Assembly (NCBI RefSeq): GCF_001194135.2 | Contig: NC_068985.1 | Location: forward strand, 118,083,125 to 118,147,124 | Direction of reading: 5' to 3' | Length of the DNA: 64,000 bases | Origin: Octopus bimaculoides | Lineage: Eukaryota | In this document: piece by piece, positions 25,200 to 38,100 of the stretch | How positions within the stretch are numbered: the stretch's first letter is position 1 | How the letters are laid out: each line of letters opens with the position of its first letter | Notes under the pieces: model-generated | Seen by the model: the letters and a program-made list of their open reading frames with translations, nothing else | The model's database searches: none | What the model was told of the DNA's origin: nothing | Made by a program: the position numbers and the translations under genes

Positions 25200-25830
25200 T
25201 TTTGGGCGTCTATTTGGCAAGGTTTCTACAGCTGAATGCCCTTCCTAATACCAACCACTCCGAGAATGTAGTGGGTTCTTTTTATGTGTCCCTGGCACGT
25301 CAGGTGACACTGGCATCCGCCACACTCGAATGGTGTTTTTTACATGCCGCTGTCATAGGTGCCTGTCAGGCAGCACTGGCATCAACCACGACTATGATCT
25401 CACTTGGCTTGCCTGGTCTTCTCAAGCACGGCATATCTCCAAAGGTCTTGGTTGCTGATCATCGCCTCTGTGAGGCCCAACGTTTCAAGGTCGTGCTTCA
25501 CTACCACATCTCATGTCTTCCTGGGTCAACCTTTTCCACAGGTTCCCTCCACTGTTAGGATGTGACTCTTCTTCACACAGCTGTCCTCATCCATACACAA
25601 CACATGACCATGCTAGCATAGTCATTCCTCTTGCACACCACATCTAATGCTTCTTATGTCCAAATTTTTTCTCTCCAGGCACTTACACTCTCATGTATGC
25701 ACACTGATATTACACATCCAGTGGAGCATACTAGCTTCATTTCTTTCAAGCTTACGCATATCCTCAGCAGTCACAGCCCATGTTTCACTGCCATGTAGCA
25801 TGGCTGTTCACACATCATACAGTCTACCTT
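25200..25830 (-). mobile_element. RTE-clade LINE 3' end (ORF tail plus 3' UTR)
   Basis: Reverse complement of the same sequence as 48555-49300 (ETW..VEGTCG.GRPRK). Confidence 0.8.
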
Positions 25831-25942
25831 TCACTCTGAGCAAGAAGACCTATCTATCTATCTGTCTGTTGAGCTATCTATCTATTTATCTATCTGTCTA
25901 TTGATCGATCTATCTATCTATTGATCGATCTATCTATCTATC

Positions 25943-26070
25943 TGTTGTTGTTGTTGGCACTCCGTCGCTTACGACGTCGAGGGTTTCAGTTGATCCAATC
26001 AACGGAACAGCCTGCTCGTGAAATTAACGTGCAAGTGGCTGAGCACTCCACAGACACTTGTACCCTTAAC
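25943..26070 (-). mobile_element. SINE family C, 3' part
   Basis: Near-identical to 52735-52830 (ggcactccgtcgcttacgacgtcgaggg...). Confidence 0.8.
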
Positions 26071-29000
26071 GATTGAGCACTGGGCTTGATGTAATTGATT
26101 AACCTATCACCCGAACTTGCTGGCCTTGCGTCAAAATTTGAAGCCATTATTAGTAAAGGCGACGAGCAACGAAATCGTTAGTACACCGAACAAAATGGTT
26201 GGTGGTATTTCTTCCGCTTTTATATTTCGAGTTCAAATATCACCGGCATCGAGTTTGTTTTTTATCCTTTCAGGGTCGGTAAAATAAGCACCAGTCAAGT
26301 ATTGGGTTGATCCCCTTCCCACGAACCTGTTTGAAACCAATAATTTATTGCTAGTAAGAATTATTGTGGCAAACTGACCGAAATGTTGGCAGAATTCTGC
26401 TTTATGCGTGCCATATATTCTCTTTTTTATTTTTTGGGAATTTTCAGAAAATTTTTACACACAGGAATTCATACGATAATGCTACCCCCACTTCAAAATA
26501 AAATTGGTACGTGATTTAAGGCCTATTTAGTTATTATATTTAGCAAATTTCATAACTACAATATAATAAGCCAAAAATGGTAACAGCTTGACTCGTTACT
26601 ATGGAAATAGGCATCTACATGTCTGGCTTTCAATTGGCTAAAATTACTCAAAATTTACAAACTTTAAAAGCAATTAACTCTTTATGGCGAAATATAATTT
26701 CATGTCAATGATTACCTTACAAAGCTACATCAATACAGCAAACATGAAATCAATTGGAACAAACATTGAAGAAAATTGAAAAGTGGCAGCCAAACAGAAA
26801 AGAGCTATTGACTTATGTCCATCATCCGGCTCCCTAGCCAATAATATTCGATCTCCTATCTGTAATACAGACTCATTAGATGCAGGGCAATACACCAGTA
26901 AATATGGCTATTGACAAACATACAAAAGGTGTGAAACCATGAATCAGACAGTTAACAAGTGATAAACAAATCAGCAAATGTAGTTAGAACAGGATACGAT
27001 TTAGCAAAGTAAAATCTAGTCAAGCAAATCCAGAAACAGGAACAGACGTCTACTTATTGAGCTGGCGAATAGAAAAGGATATAAAGAAAAAAAACAATTT
27101 TTAGGAAATAACTTTGAAAAGCAGGATCTAAAAAGAGAAATAGAGAAAATCAACAAGCGCATACAGTAATGTCTCGATATATTAGTTAATTACGTCTGTC
27201 TTTACGTTCTGAGTTCAAATTCCACCGAGGTCGACTTTGCCTTTCATCCTTTCGAGGTAGATAAATTAAGTACCAGTTGCGTACTGGAGTCGATCTAGTC
27301 GACTGGCCCCCTTCCCCAAAATTTCGGGCCTTGTGCCTAGAGTAGAAAAGGATATACGAGTTAATTTGTTCCCGGACACCGCTCATAAAGCGAAAACTCA
27401 GGATCTTGTTCAAAACGGGGGCACCAGTTTTCATTTATGTTTTATGTAGTGTTTTTGGTACCGAAAGACTTTCAAACTTCGTATACTTATCTATTTTGTG
27501 TTATAGAACAGAAAAAAATTTTTGTATTCGAATTTATTTCATGTAAAAAATTGTCTTATGATAATTTCAACCAATCACTGACAAGTATTCAGCTGTTTAC
27601 ACTTACTCCTTTGGCACTTTAAGCGGTGTAAAGCGTATTTAATCTCCATTACTTGACATTTTGCAGAGAGGCAACACGTGTTCGTTTTCCCTAACCAACT
27701 TGCTCCTTCCCTCAAAAACCAGGCCTTGTGCCTATAATAGAAAGGTTTATTAGCTACTGCCAATATGCTTCAGCCATTTTTTGACAAGGAAATAATAATT
27801 TTATTACCGCCAGAATCGTTTGGATGCATCATCAAATATGACCTTTTATTATGTTAAGACAGCTTCAAGTCAACCAAACCTACTTAAATAAAACTTTCTA
27901 CTGACAACCGGCTTTGTGAAACACTGTTCTAGCAGATCCATCAATGATTTGTGCAGGTACCTCTATGAAAACTAAAAACACAATACTAGTTCCTAACATG
28001 GCTTTCATGCTGATATTTTAATGTGGCATAGGCAGATGAATGAATGGTAGTAGCATAACAGTATGTTCAATGTTGGTGTGACCACATGACAGACAGAACA
28101 TATGCACAAACAGTTTCAAAAAATTTGACACAAACAGAAAATACGCATATACATGTGAAACAAAATGTAATTTCAACATTGACTCACTCCCTCAAGTTAA
28201 GGATAGAGTGACTAATGTAATCTGGAAAAAAAAAAAATGGATGGTCATAGATTTTATTTCATTCAGTCTAGGTCAAACACCACCACCAAAAACAATACAT
28301 CATTAGTCTTGCTCAACATGGAATACAAACCACACAGGCCTTAAAGAGGAACTTTCTCGAAACCTCTGTTAATTGTTAACATAGAGCTGAGAATTCTATC
28401 ATTTGAAATGTTGGGGATCACATAATAAAACTGAAGTCCATGCTCCTCAGAAAGACATTAACGAAGTAGGTGAAAGTAAGTCTTATAACCTAATGAATTT
28501 AATAATAAATTAGTTTCAATTTATCAAAAATTTACTCTCTACTCAATGGTACTTGCATTAGATGAAGTAAACCGTGATTACTGACCCAGTTTACAAGACC
28601 ACAGATAATGTGGATGAGAAGAAGGCTGTGATAATGATCATCGCTTGCTTTCTTGTATGTATTGAGCAAGATAAATGAATTGAAATATTAAGCTAGAATC
28701 GAAAATTACTGATGAAAAGTACATCTGAAGGTTAACATTACCCTGGTATTTACCGAAATGTAACTAATCAATAAGGTTTAATCAATATGAATTTAACTTA
28801 TTTAAGGGTATATCATGGCTTAATGGTAGGTAGACTGACTTTAGATAAAGTTGCTGGACTGCACAGAAAAAAAAAGGTCATGAATTATCACAACAATACT
28901 ATTGTATTTAGTAGCAATGTATAATATTCTGTTCTTTGTTTGCCAAGTGGAAAGTAGGTATTCGAACTCCATAGCAAGTAAACAGCAAATTAGTTATAAA

Positions 29001-30457
29001 AATATTTAATAACTCACAAGAAAAAACCCTCNNNNNNNNNNNNNNNNNNNNNNNNNNNNNNNNNNNNNNNNNNNNNNNNNNNNNNNNNNNNNNNNNNNNN
29101 NNNNNNNNNNNNNNNNNNNNNNNNNNNNNNNNNNNNNNNNNNNNNNNNNNNNNNNNNNNNNNNNNNNNNNNNNNNNNNNNNNNNNNNNNNNNNNNNNNNN
29201 NNNNNNNNNNNNNNNNNNNNNNNNNNNNNNNNNNNNNNNNNNNNNNNNNNNNNNNNNNNNNNNNNNNNNNNNNNNNNNNNNNNNNNNNNNNNNNNNNNNN
29301 NNNNNNNNNNNNNNNNNNNNNNNNNNNNNNNNNNNNNAGGTATATGTAAAAGAAAAAGATTATACCTGATATATAACAACCAGTTTGATTAGCTTTCCTT
29401 TTGTCACAATTTTGTTTCCATAGAGCTACTTGGGACGAGATGACAAAAACAACTGACAGCAGATGTCAGCATATTGATATGGGCAAGGTTAGGATGAATT
29501 ATATTGAGGTAGCCAGTAAGCATCTTATTAGTAAACAAATGAACTTTACAGGATGTACCTGCTGACTAGAAAGACAATTGTTAAGTGACCAGCATCCAAA
29601 TTAAATTAATATGTTTGAAAATCTGAATCAAAGTGGTTAATAAGATATACGATAAAGTATTGTAAGATGAAACTAATAAGAAAATGGATGAAACATGCTT
29701 GGAAATTGGACACATGTATTCAAATAAAGTTTGATAGTAACATGTTTTATGAAATGATTATCAACATTTTTGAAAGAGCGAGTAATATATAATTACAGCA
29801 TAAATGAAAATGGGGCCTTGAAGTTTTCAAAGGCTGATCTAGTTAGACTTATTAATTTCATTAGTCACACTGGCCCATTGGAACATGTAACCAATGGTGC
29901 TTTTGTTGTTCAAAATTTTCCATATAAAATTAGAGTTAAAACAGTCAAGCATTTCAACCAAACTGTTAATTAAGCAAGATGAAATCTAAACATTTTGTAA
30001 TGACGAAACACTGATGATAAAACAGACATTATACACTGCCAGAGTCTCCATCAACAAAAAACCATCAGTGTTAATAAACATAATATTGTTTACTTAAAAA
30101 AATAATAGATTATTTCGACAGTTAATAAATAATTATTTATTTGAGTTTGCTACATTATNNNNNNNNNNNNNNNNNNNNNNNNNNNNNNNNNNNNNNNNNN
30201 NNNNNNNNNNNNNNNNNNNNNNNNNNNNNNNNNNNNNNNNNNNNNNNNNNNNNNNNNNTTTTTCATTACAGCATGGGAAATACAATATGAATAATAATAA
30301 TCTTTTCTGCTATAGGCACAAGGCTTGGAATTTTGTGGGAGAGGACCAGCCATTATACCAAATCCGGTGCATAATTGGTACTTAATTTATTGACCCGAAA
30401 GGATGAAAAGCAAAGTCAACCCCAGCAGCATTTGATAATGATAATTTTACAACAGTT

Positions 30458-30460
<3 letters not shown>

Positions 30461-30512
<52 letters not shown>

Positions 30513-30551
30513 TAGATAGAGATAGAGAGAGAGAGATAGAGAGAAAGAGAT

Positions 30552-30598
<47 letters not shown>

Positions 30599-30610
30599 AA
30601 GAGAGAGACA
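30461..30610. repeat. (GA)n microsatellite
   Basis: Direct reading. Many other (TA)n, (CA)n, (TATG)n, (CAT)n and (TCTA)n tracts occur throughout, often bordering N gaps. Confidence 0.95.
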
Positions 30611-31770
30611 GGATCTATTGTAACTCTTCAGACAAAAATTATATTTGAATTTCACAGGAGACTTAGGGATTGATCAAAAACAAGATGAGTGGATAATATC
30701 CAATCCAACCAAAAAGTGTAATGATAGTTACTTCTGATAAGGACCTTATGAAGAAAGTGCCTGAGGACTATACCCCAACAACCCTCCCAAGAATAGTGGA
30801 CAAAGAAAATGCATGGATGGACAATGGGTAGAAATCATGTTACCGTTTTACAGAGTTTACTAACATGACAAGATATATTATAGTCACAAGGAATATTTTG
30901 TTAAAATATGTCAAAGACTGTAATTCCAAGAAAGTACAAGTAATAATCATTTCAAATTACAATGCCAATCTATTTGTATCATTTGACATGTAATATGGAG
31001 TTGGAATACTTGGGCTGCTAGTTTCTCACTTAGAATCATACTCTACTGAAACACTACTACACTACTTGGTCCTAGATAAGGAACTCAAATTTGAGTAGTT
31101 AGATTACTTGCCAACTAGAGTTCAAACTCTAACATAGTAAACTACCATGACTTGTCTCTTTGTTAATTTAGGTGTAAATAGATTGTGACTATAATTCCTA
31201 ATTTCTTGGTTCAATGGCTGGAGTTAGGAAGAGCATTGAACAGTGGAAAATTTGTTTCAATATTTACTTAANNNNNNNNNNNNNNNNNNNNNNNNNNNNN
31301 NNNNNNNNNNNNNNNNNNNNNNNNNNNNNNNNNNNNNNNNNNNNNNNNNNNNNNNNNNNNNNNNNNNNNNNNNNNNNNNNNNNNNNNNNNNNNNNNNNNN
31401 NNNNNNNNNNNNNNNNNNNNNNNNNNNNNNNNNNNNNNNNNNNNNNNNNNNNNNNNNNNNNNNNNNNNNNNNNNNNNNNNNNNNNNNNNNNNNNNNNNNN
31501 NNNNNNNNNNNNNNNNNNNNNNNNNNNNNNNNNNNNNNNNNNNNNNNNNNNNNNNNNNNNNNNNNNNNNNNNNNNNNNNNNNNNNNNNNNNNNNNNNNNN
31601 NNNNNNNNNNNNNNNNNNNNNNNNNNNNNNNNNNNNNNNNNNNNNNNNNNNNNNNNNNNNNNNNNNNNNNNNNNNNNNNNNNNNNNNNNNNNNNNNNNNN
31701 NNNNNNNNNNNNNNNNNNNNNNNNNNNNNNNNNNNNNNNNNNNNNNNNNNNNNNNNNNNNNNNNNNNNNA

Positions 31771-32116
31771 TAAGACTTTCCCGATCTAATGGTAAGGAAG
31801 ATTTCGATGGATTGCTAGCAACTTCGTATTTGTCTCTACGAGTCATTGACGAAGAGGAAAGTACAGAATTCTGGCTAAGCCGTAATGACCATGGAGATGA
31901 GGATGATGACTGTTGTGGTAGTGGTGGTGGGGATGAGGGTGAAGTAAGGTGTCGAGCAGTAGAAGTGAGGGAAGAGTATCCAGAAGTACTCAAATGTTCA
32001 TAATCATAGTCTATGGATTTAGGAGTAGAGATTTTCTCTCGATAATGATCATTCTTCAATTGTATAACAGGACCTCTCAGGGGCTCATATGTTGCGATAT
32101 TTGATCTTTCATCACT
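31771..32116 (-). CDS. POLDIP3: POLDIP3 probable exon 5 (PVIQLKNDHY..., S/P-rich), truncated by assembly gap
   Basis: Strong acceptor with ctaac branch point and ttgtttcag; open frame of 115 codons runs into the gap. Confidence 0.65.
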
Positions 32117-35100
32117 CTGAAACAATTGAAAAAAAGTCAAGTTAGAAACTAAAAACATAAAATGATACAAATATATATATTAAACTTCACACAAATTGAA
32201 TTACAGCAGGCACCTAGCAGCATTTGACAAATCCATTAGATTTAAACATATGCGAGGAAACAGTTGTAGAGTGTTTAGAGTAAACTGTGTGGTATGGTCA
32301 TGTGATGTGCATGGAAAATGTTAGCTATGTAGAGCAGTTCAAAGTGGATGGAAACATAGGAATAAGAAGTGATGACTGATCTCAAGAAGCTGAACCTCGC
32401 AAAGGGGGTGGCCAAAGACGCAACACGTGGAGAAATGGTGTGCTAAAGAAAATCTAAGTCCATGAAAACATAGAAAAACAAATGTAAAAGAAATGCTGGT
32501 GGTCAAAGAGGGTGGGATGATTAACATCTACAATTCATGCTAATATGTACATACTCGACCCTCATCTTAATTACTATACATCATTCTCTCATTATTCCTT
32601 CATCTCTCACCCTCCTTTTTTTCAGTTAGTACCTTCCTGCTCTGTCTCTTCTATTATATTCTGTTCCTCTGTCACTATCTCACTTGCTCATGTTTCTTTT
32701 CAATCTAACCAACAACCTCCATGTAATGTCTGTCTCTATCCCTTTCCATTACCCTCTTCTCTATCATTCTGGTTCTCTTTTTAGACTCCCTCTTTCTACC
32801 ACCACACTGCCTATGTCATGGGAGATAGCAATGCATGCACACCTGCCAATTCATCCCTTGTTACCTGGCTAATTTATCAGCACATCTCACCTCAACAACC
32901 TATCCCGACTACATTGTTCCAAAAGACATTGGTCTCTTAGCCTGAAAGCTGATCTAAATCTTCCCAACTCTCTTTGCATGAAGACCTTACCTGATGCCAT
33001 GGAGACAATCATCAGCTGGCCACTGGCAACCTGCTGCCCTTTTGCTATTAAAAATACGAAATGGACTGATGCAGAGGATGCAGCAACGGGGACAATAACC
33101 TGTTCATTTGCTGTTACACTTCAAGAAGGGCCCTTGCCTGATCAACTGGGTACAATCAACACAATCATATTTTACATCAACTTTTCCATGCCAGTAGGGG
33201 TTGGATAGATTTTCTGAAGCTGTGCTTTATGTCCAGATACCCTTCCTATTGCCAAGCTTTTACTTCATATAATATGCAGAGATTTAGTGTATCCTTCTCT
33301 AAAGCTGACGTACATTTAGTTAGATACTTTATTTAAGACATAATTCTGACTAATAACTTGAATTTTCACCAAAAATACTATTAAAGGAATGATACAACAT
33401 GCATGTGCGCACGCACACACACACACACACACACAAAAGGCATTTCAGAGCATATAAATTGTCATGCACACATGTGCAGTGAGGGGACTTAGAGAATACC
33501 ACATACACACATTCTTTTTCTGGAAGTGTGTGTATATGTAAGTTGTTAATATCTATCAAGGAAAAAAGTATTCTCAATTATCAATTGCTATTCATTATTT
33601 TGTCTTTTACTAAGCTGAAACATATAGAGGTGCAAGTATGGCAATGTTGCTACAGAGTCCAATTGGTTTCCATCCCACTGCATTGCACCTTGGGCAAATG
33701 TTTTCACCAAAGCTTTGGCATGACCAATGCATTATGGGTGAAATTGGAAGAGAGGAACAATATGGAACTCTGCCATACATATATTTTATTCATTTAATCT
33801 GTTTTTTTAATGCTAGAATGGCTCAGATTGGGATTAATTCTGAGGCAGGATTTCATAGCCAAATACTCTTCATATTGTCAATCTTCACCTGTTTTCAGCA
33901 AGGGGTTTTTAATATTCCACAGGTCTTCAAAACAAAGAGTGACCAATCACAGTGCCAACACAGAAAGTAAACATCATCATTCTTCTCAACCCCAACAAGT
34001 GAAATAGTAATGCTCACACACAGGTATGTATGTATGTGGTTGCACTGACAAAGTTTTGGTGACAGTCATGTTATGCATACAACTCCTGTAAACAATGTCC
34101 TGTAGCTTGACAATTTCAGTTTCAACATGTGAAAACCAGTGGAATAGAAATACTTTACTTGAATAGAAATAGTTAGGAGTTGAATGAGACTTCTGGAAAT
34201 AATATTCTACGATTAATATGCCAGAAAGGGTATCTGCCACAAGAAGTTTCACCAAAGTAATGCCAGCACAAAAAGAAAAGCTGATGTGAAAAACACTCAG
34301 AAAATTGATATTTTAAATTTTCTTTTTGTCATAAATGAAAAAGAAAAAAAAAAAGGTAGTAACACAGAAGGCAGCAATGGTAACAGAGGCAAAGGTACCA
34401 GATGATATCTGTTATTTATTGTCATACAACACACACATGCAGCTGAATATTTTACACTATAGTTTTGAACATTTACCTTATTTTGAACATTTAGTCTATT
34501 TGGAATATTTTTATTCATTTGGAGCCTTTTGTTGGTGTCCATTTGTGAATGAAGATATACTGTGCCCATATCAAATTGGGATGCCATTGGACCACTGCCT
34601 GCTGAAAGGAGACCAGTGTCTGATGGTGCTAAATCATTGGTCAACTGAAAAATAAAGACATTATTTACACCCATTGTAATGGATGAGAGGAGCAGCAAGA
34701 ACATGAGCAATTCATTACATGTGTATGTTGTTAAACAACTCCTGATATTTCAACATTAGTAGGCTCATGGAGTAGATGCAGCTGTTGGAAAACTCAATCA
34801 GCAGTCTAGCCATGGCCATTTTGTCTTTACTGGAAGGAAGTACAAACTGACCTTAGAATTAGCATTTAAAGCATGTGATTTCCTACATTTAAAAACTGAA
34901 GAGAGTTTGTTGAAGGAAATTTGACTGCAACGATAAGCAGATAGTACAGCCAGCCATCACTTGCAAGAAAACATGGTTTGGTAACATGTATCATACTTCT
35001 GCTCATTGTTTTAGGTACCTATGTAGTCATGAACAGATACAGACATCTTCTTGGCTCTCTTACACCTGACCCAGTAGAACAGCTGCAGGGAGAGAGATGA

Positions 35101-38100
35101 GTAGATTGGAACAAATGCACCACCTGATACAGAAACTGAACCCATGAACTTATGATCATGAGCCAAAGACTAACCCACTAGGCCATGCAGCTTCATTAAA
35201 CAAGTAAAATGACTGTAAGGTTCCTTGCTTAACTTGTATTATTATTTCTACAACTGGATTTTGCTCTGATAAAAGAGGACTTCAATGCTTTGTCAAAATA
35301 AAAAGCAATATAAAAAATTCCATGAGAAGTCAACCTGACAGAGTGTCTCAGTAATCAAGATGTGCTCTGAGACTAAAGACATGCTCTCAGTTGCCAAAAA
35401 TTAATAACTCAAATAATGGTGAGAGATCTTACTTCTCTATTCCAGGTTGTATTTCAGTCTACAGACATGTAATGGGGATGTTATATGTTAAGTATTCAAT
35501 CATAGATGCAGACATGAGTGTGTGGTTAAGAAGTTCAATTTGCAATCATGTGGTCCTAGGCTCAGCCCTAATACATAGTACCTGGGTAAATTATTATTCC
35601 AGGCCAACCACTACAAGGAAATCCAACATGTATAAGCAGGTGAGAAAGTTGTCATTTCTGCTTCTTACTTGAAATCACCTGAGGAAAAAAAAATTGTGTT
35701 TGTATTTCTGGTAGACATTAACATCTCTTAACTCTACACTCTCAAAATAGTAGCACAAAAACTCCCTTACTTGCAGAAACAGGAAAATGTTGTGATAGGA
35801 AGAGCATGCAACAGTAAAAACACTGCCTCAAACAAATACTAGTCCAACATATGCCAGCATAGGAAAACAAATATAAAATGAACAAATTTAATTCTGACCA
35901 AATAGCAGTGTATCCTTCTAACCAAGAAGACCCTTTAAATACAGGGAATAAGGTCTGAATTTGGGCATGTAATAGTTCACACCTGTTAAACTCTCAGATT
36001 TATGGAGTATACATTTGCTTATGTACATAACAATGCAACATAAATGGCAGTCATTTCAAAAATTTTATACTTTTTGTCAATTTGAAATTCTATTATTTTT
36101 TCATGAACTTTCATCATAAATTTTCAGCATTTATCATTTTGAGAATTCTTTCAAGGGCTTCCATAAGAATCATCACTTTAACATCCACTTTTCTATACAT
36201 GCATGAGTAGGATGGAGTTTATTGAGGCATATATTTTCTATGGCCTGATGTCTTGCCTGTCACCAACCCATACTTGTTTCCAAGCAAGGTAATATTTCCC
36301 CATGACCAGACTTGTCTTTGCAGAATAATAGAAATGAATGACATTCATTTACAATTATATGATGTTAAGACAAAGACACACACACACACACACACACAAT
36401 GGGCCAATCAAATCCACTAACAAGACTTTGGTTAGCCCAGGACTATAATAGAAATCCATGGTGCCACACAGCGAGACTGAACCTGAAACTGTGCGGTTGG
36501 GAAGCCAAATTCTTAAGCACTCACACATGAAGAGAAATTAAATAATCAAACAGTATAATAATATAATGTAATATCATACACCAATTATCATGTATCTTTC
36601 TGACCAATCCTAAATACAGGTTATGCCAGGTATTTAAAAAAAATTTTTAGTCATAAATGAAAGACAACCAAGTGCAAATGTTTTAGGGCATGCTCCAAAT
36701 TTTAACTTTCTCACACTGGCAGTACATCTTTTAACTTTCTGATACATAGCGTATTCCAATTAGTTAGGAAATGAAAAGGTGTACTGTGCTTATGTTCTTA
36801 GCAGTCAACCACAGCAACTTCAAGATTGATGTAAACAGGTCCTTTGTGTTTAGGATCAGGAAATTGCTGGAGAGATACGTCATCTGTGGCCAAGAGAAAA
36901 AAACGCTAACAACTAGACATTGTCAGGGCAACCAAGTTTGTCCAGCAGGTTCAGAACATCAATGACAAACTCCAGCAAGATGATGAAGACTATTGAGGAG
37001 AAGCTCGAGGTGGTAGAGCCCACTATCAGAAGCATGTTGCAAAAGAGCATCAGGTAAAATTCTACAAAAGAAAAGAAGGAAGGGGCAGTTCATATCTTGC
37101 TAGACCCAGACAAATGTGTTCATGCGACCTTTTTCCTAGCTCTCTGTTGTAGAGGAGGTAGATGGCATGGAGAAAAACTATCTTGGCATGTAGTCACTTC
37201 TACTGATACATTGAGGCTGTCAATGGAGCTGTGTGCACTTTTGTTGATTGACCTATTTCTTTGATGTATCTAGCAGGAAGTGCAATGATTCTCAGGATTT
37301 TTTTTTTTTACCCTCAGTTTGATGAGTTTTTTCCTGGTGCATTGACTTGTTCTTGCATGCCTGACACACCCTCAGTAGCTGTATTTTCCTACATCATATA
37401 ATAGCACCTCTTCAGGCATGACATGTAATATCCCCAGGCCACATAACAGGCTGACTTAGCAACGAATAGCCACCACAATAGTATAAAGCTTCCATCCCAT
37501 TCATAATTGTTTCTGTTTTAAAAATAGACCTAGAATATTTATATTACATGATGAATTTTGCACCCTTTTTTTTTTCTTTTTACTTCTGCTTTGAGTGCAT
37601 GGTAAACTTTCTGTGTCTAAATTCAAACCTCACCATAATTCAAACATCCAAAATAAAACTGAATAACAATACAACTTAGAAACTAGAATAAACCAAAGCA
37701 GCACCAAGACACTGTAATGTGTAGTAATACACTCTCACAAAAATGACATCTAATCACACAAATGACAGCTGCTGTAGATTGCGTATAATTTTGAAATTAT
37801 ATGGTTTCAGATTCAATTTCCTTGAGTAGTACTACAAATAAGTATTTTCTACCTTAGTCTCAGGTCAACCCAAACCCTTTTTTGTAAAATTTGGTAGACA
37901 AAATCTGTGGAAGCTATCAGAGGAACTGTTCCTGTTCTTGGGCAGGATTAACTCTTGGGAATTAACTTGTCATCAAGTTTAACATCACCATCTGACCTAT
38001 AAGTCTGAACATAACTTCTATACCCGAACATGATCATGGGCACTGGCCTTCTTTCTCAAACTAAGCATTTAAAAAAAAATAAAAGGTTAATAAAATAAGT

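Noticed and set aside
35005-35082. Possible POLDIP3 exon LFYWVRCKRAKK after a good acceptor
   Set aside because: The 64-nt length breaks phase, the donor is weak, and the RRM resemblance is superficial and out of order.
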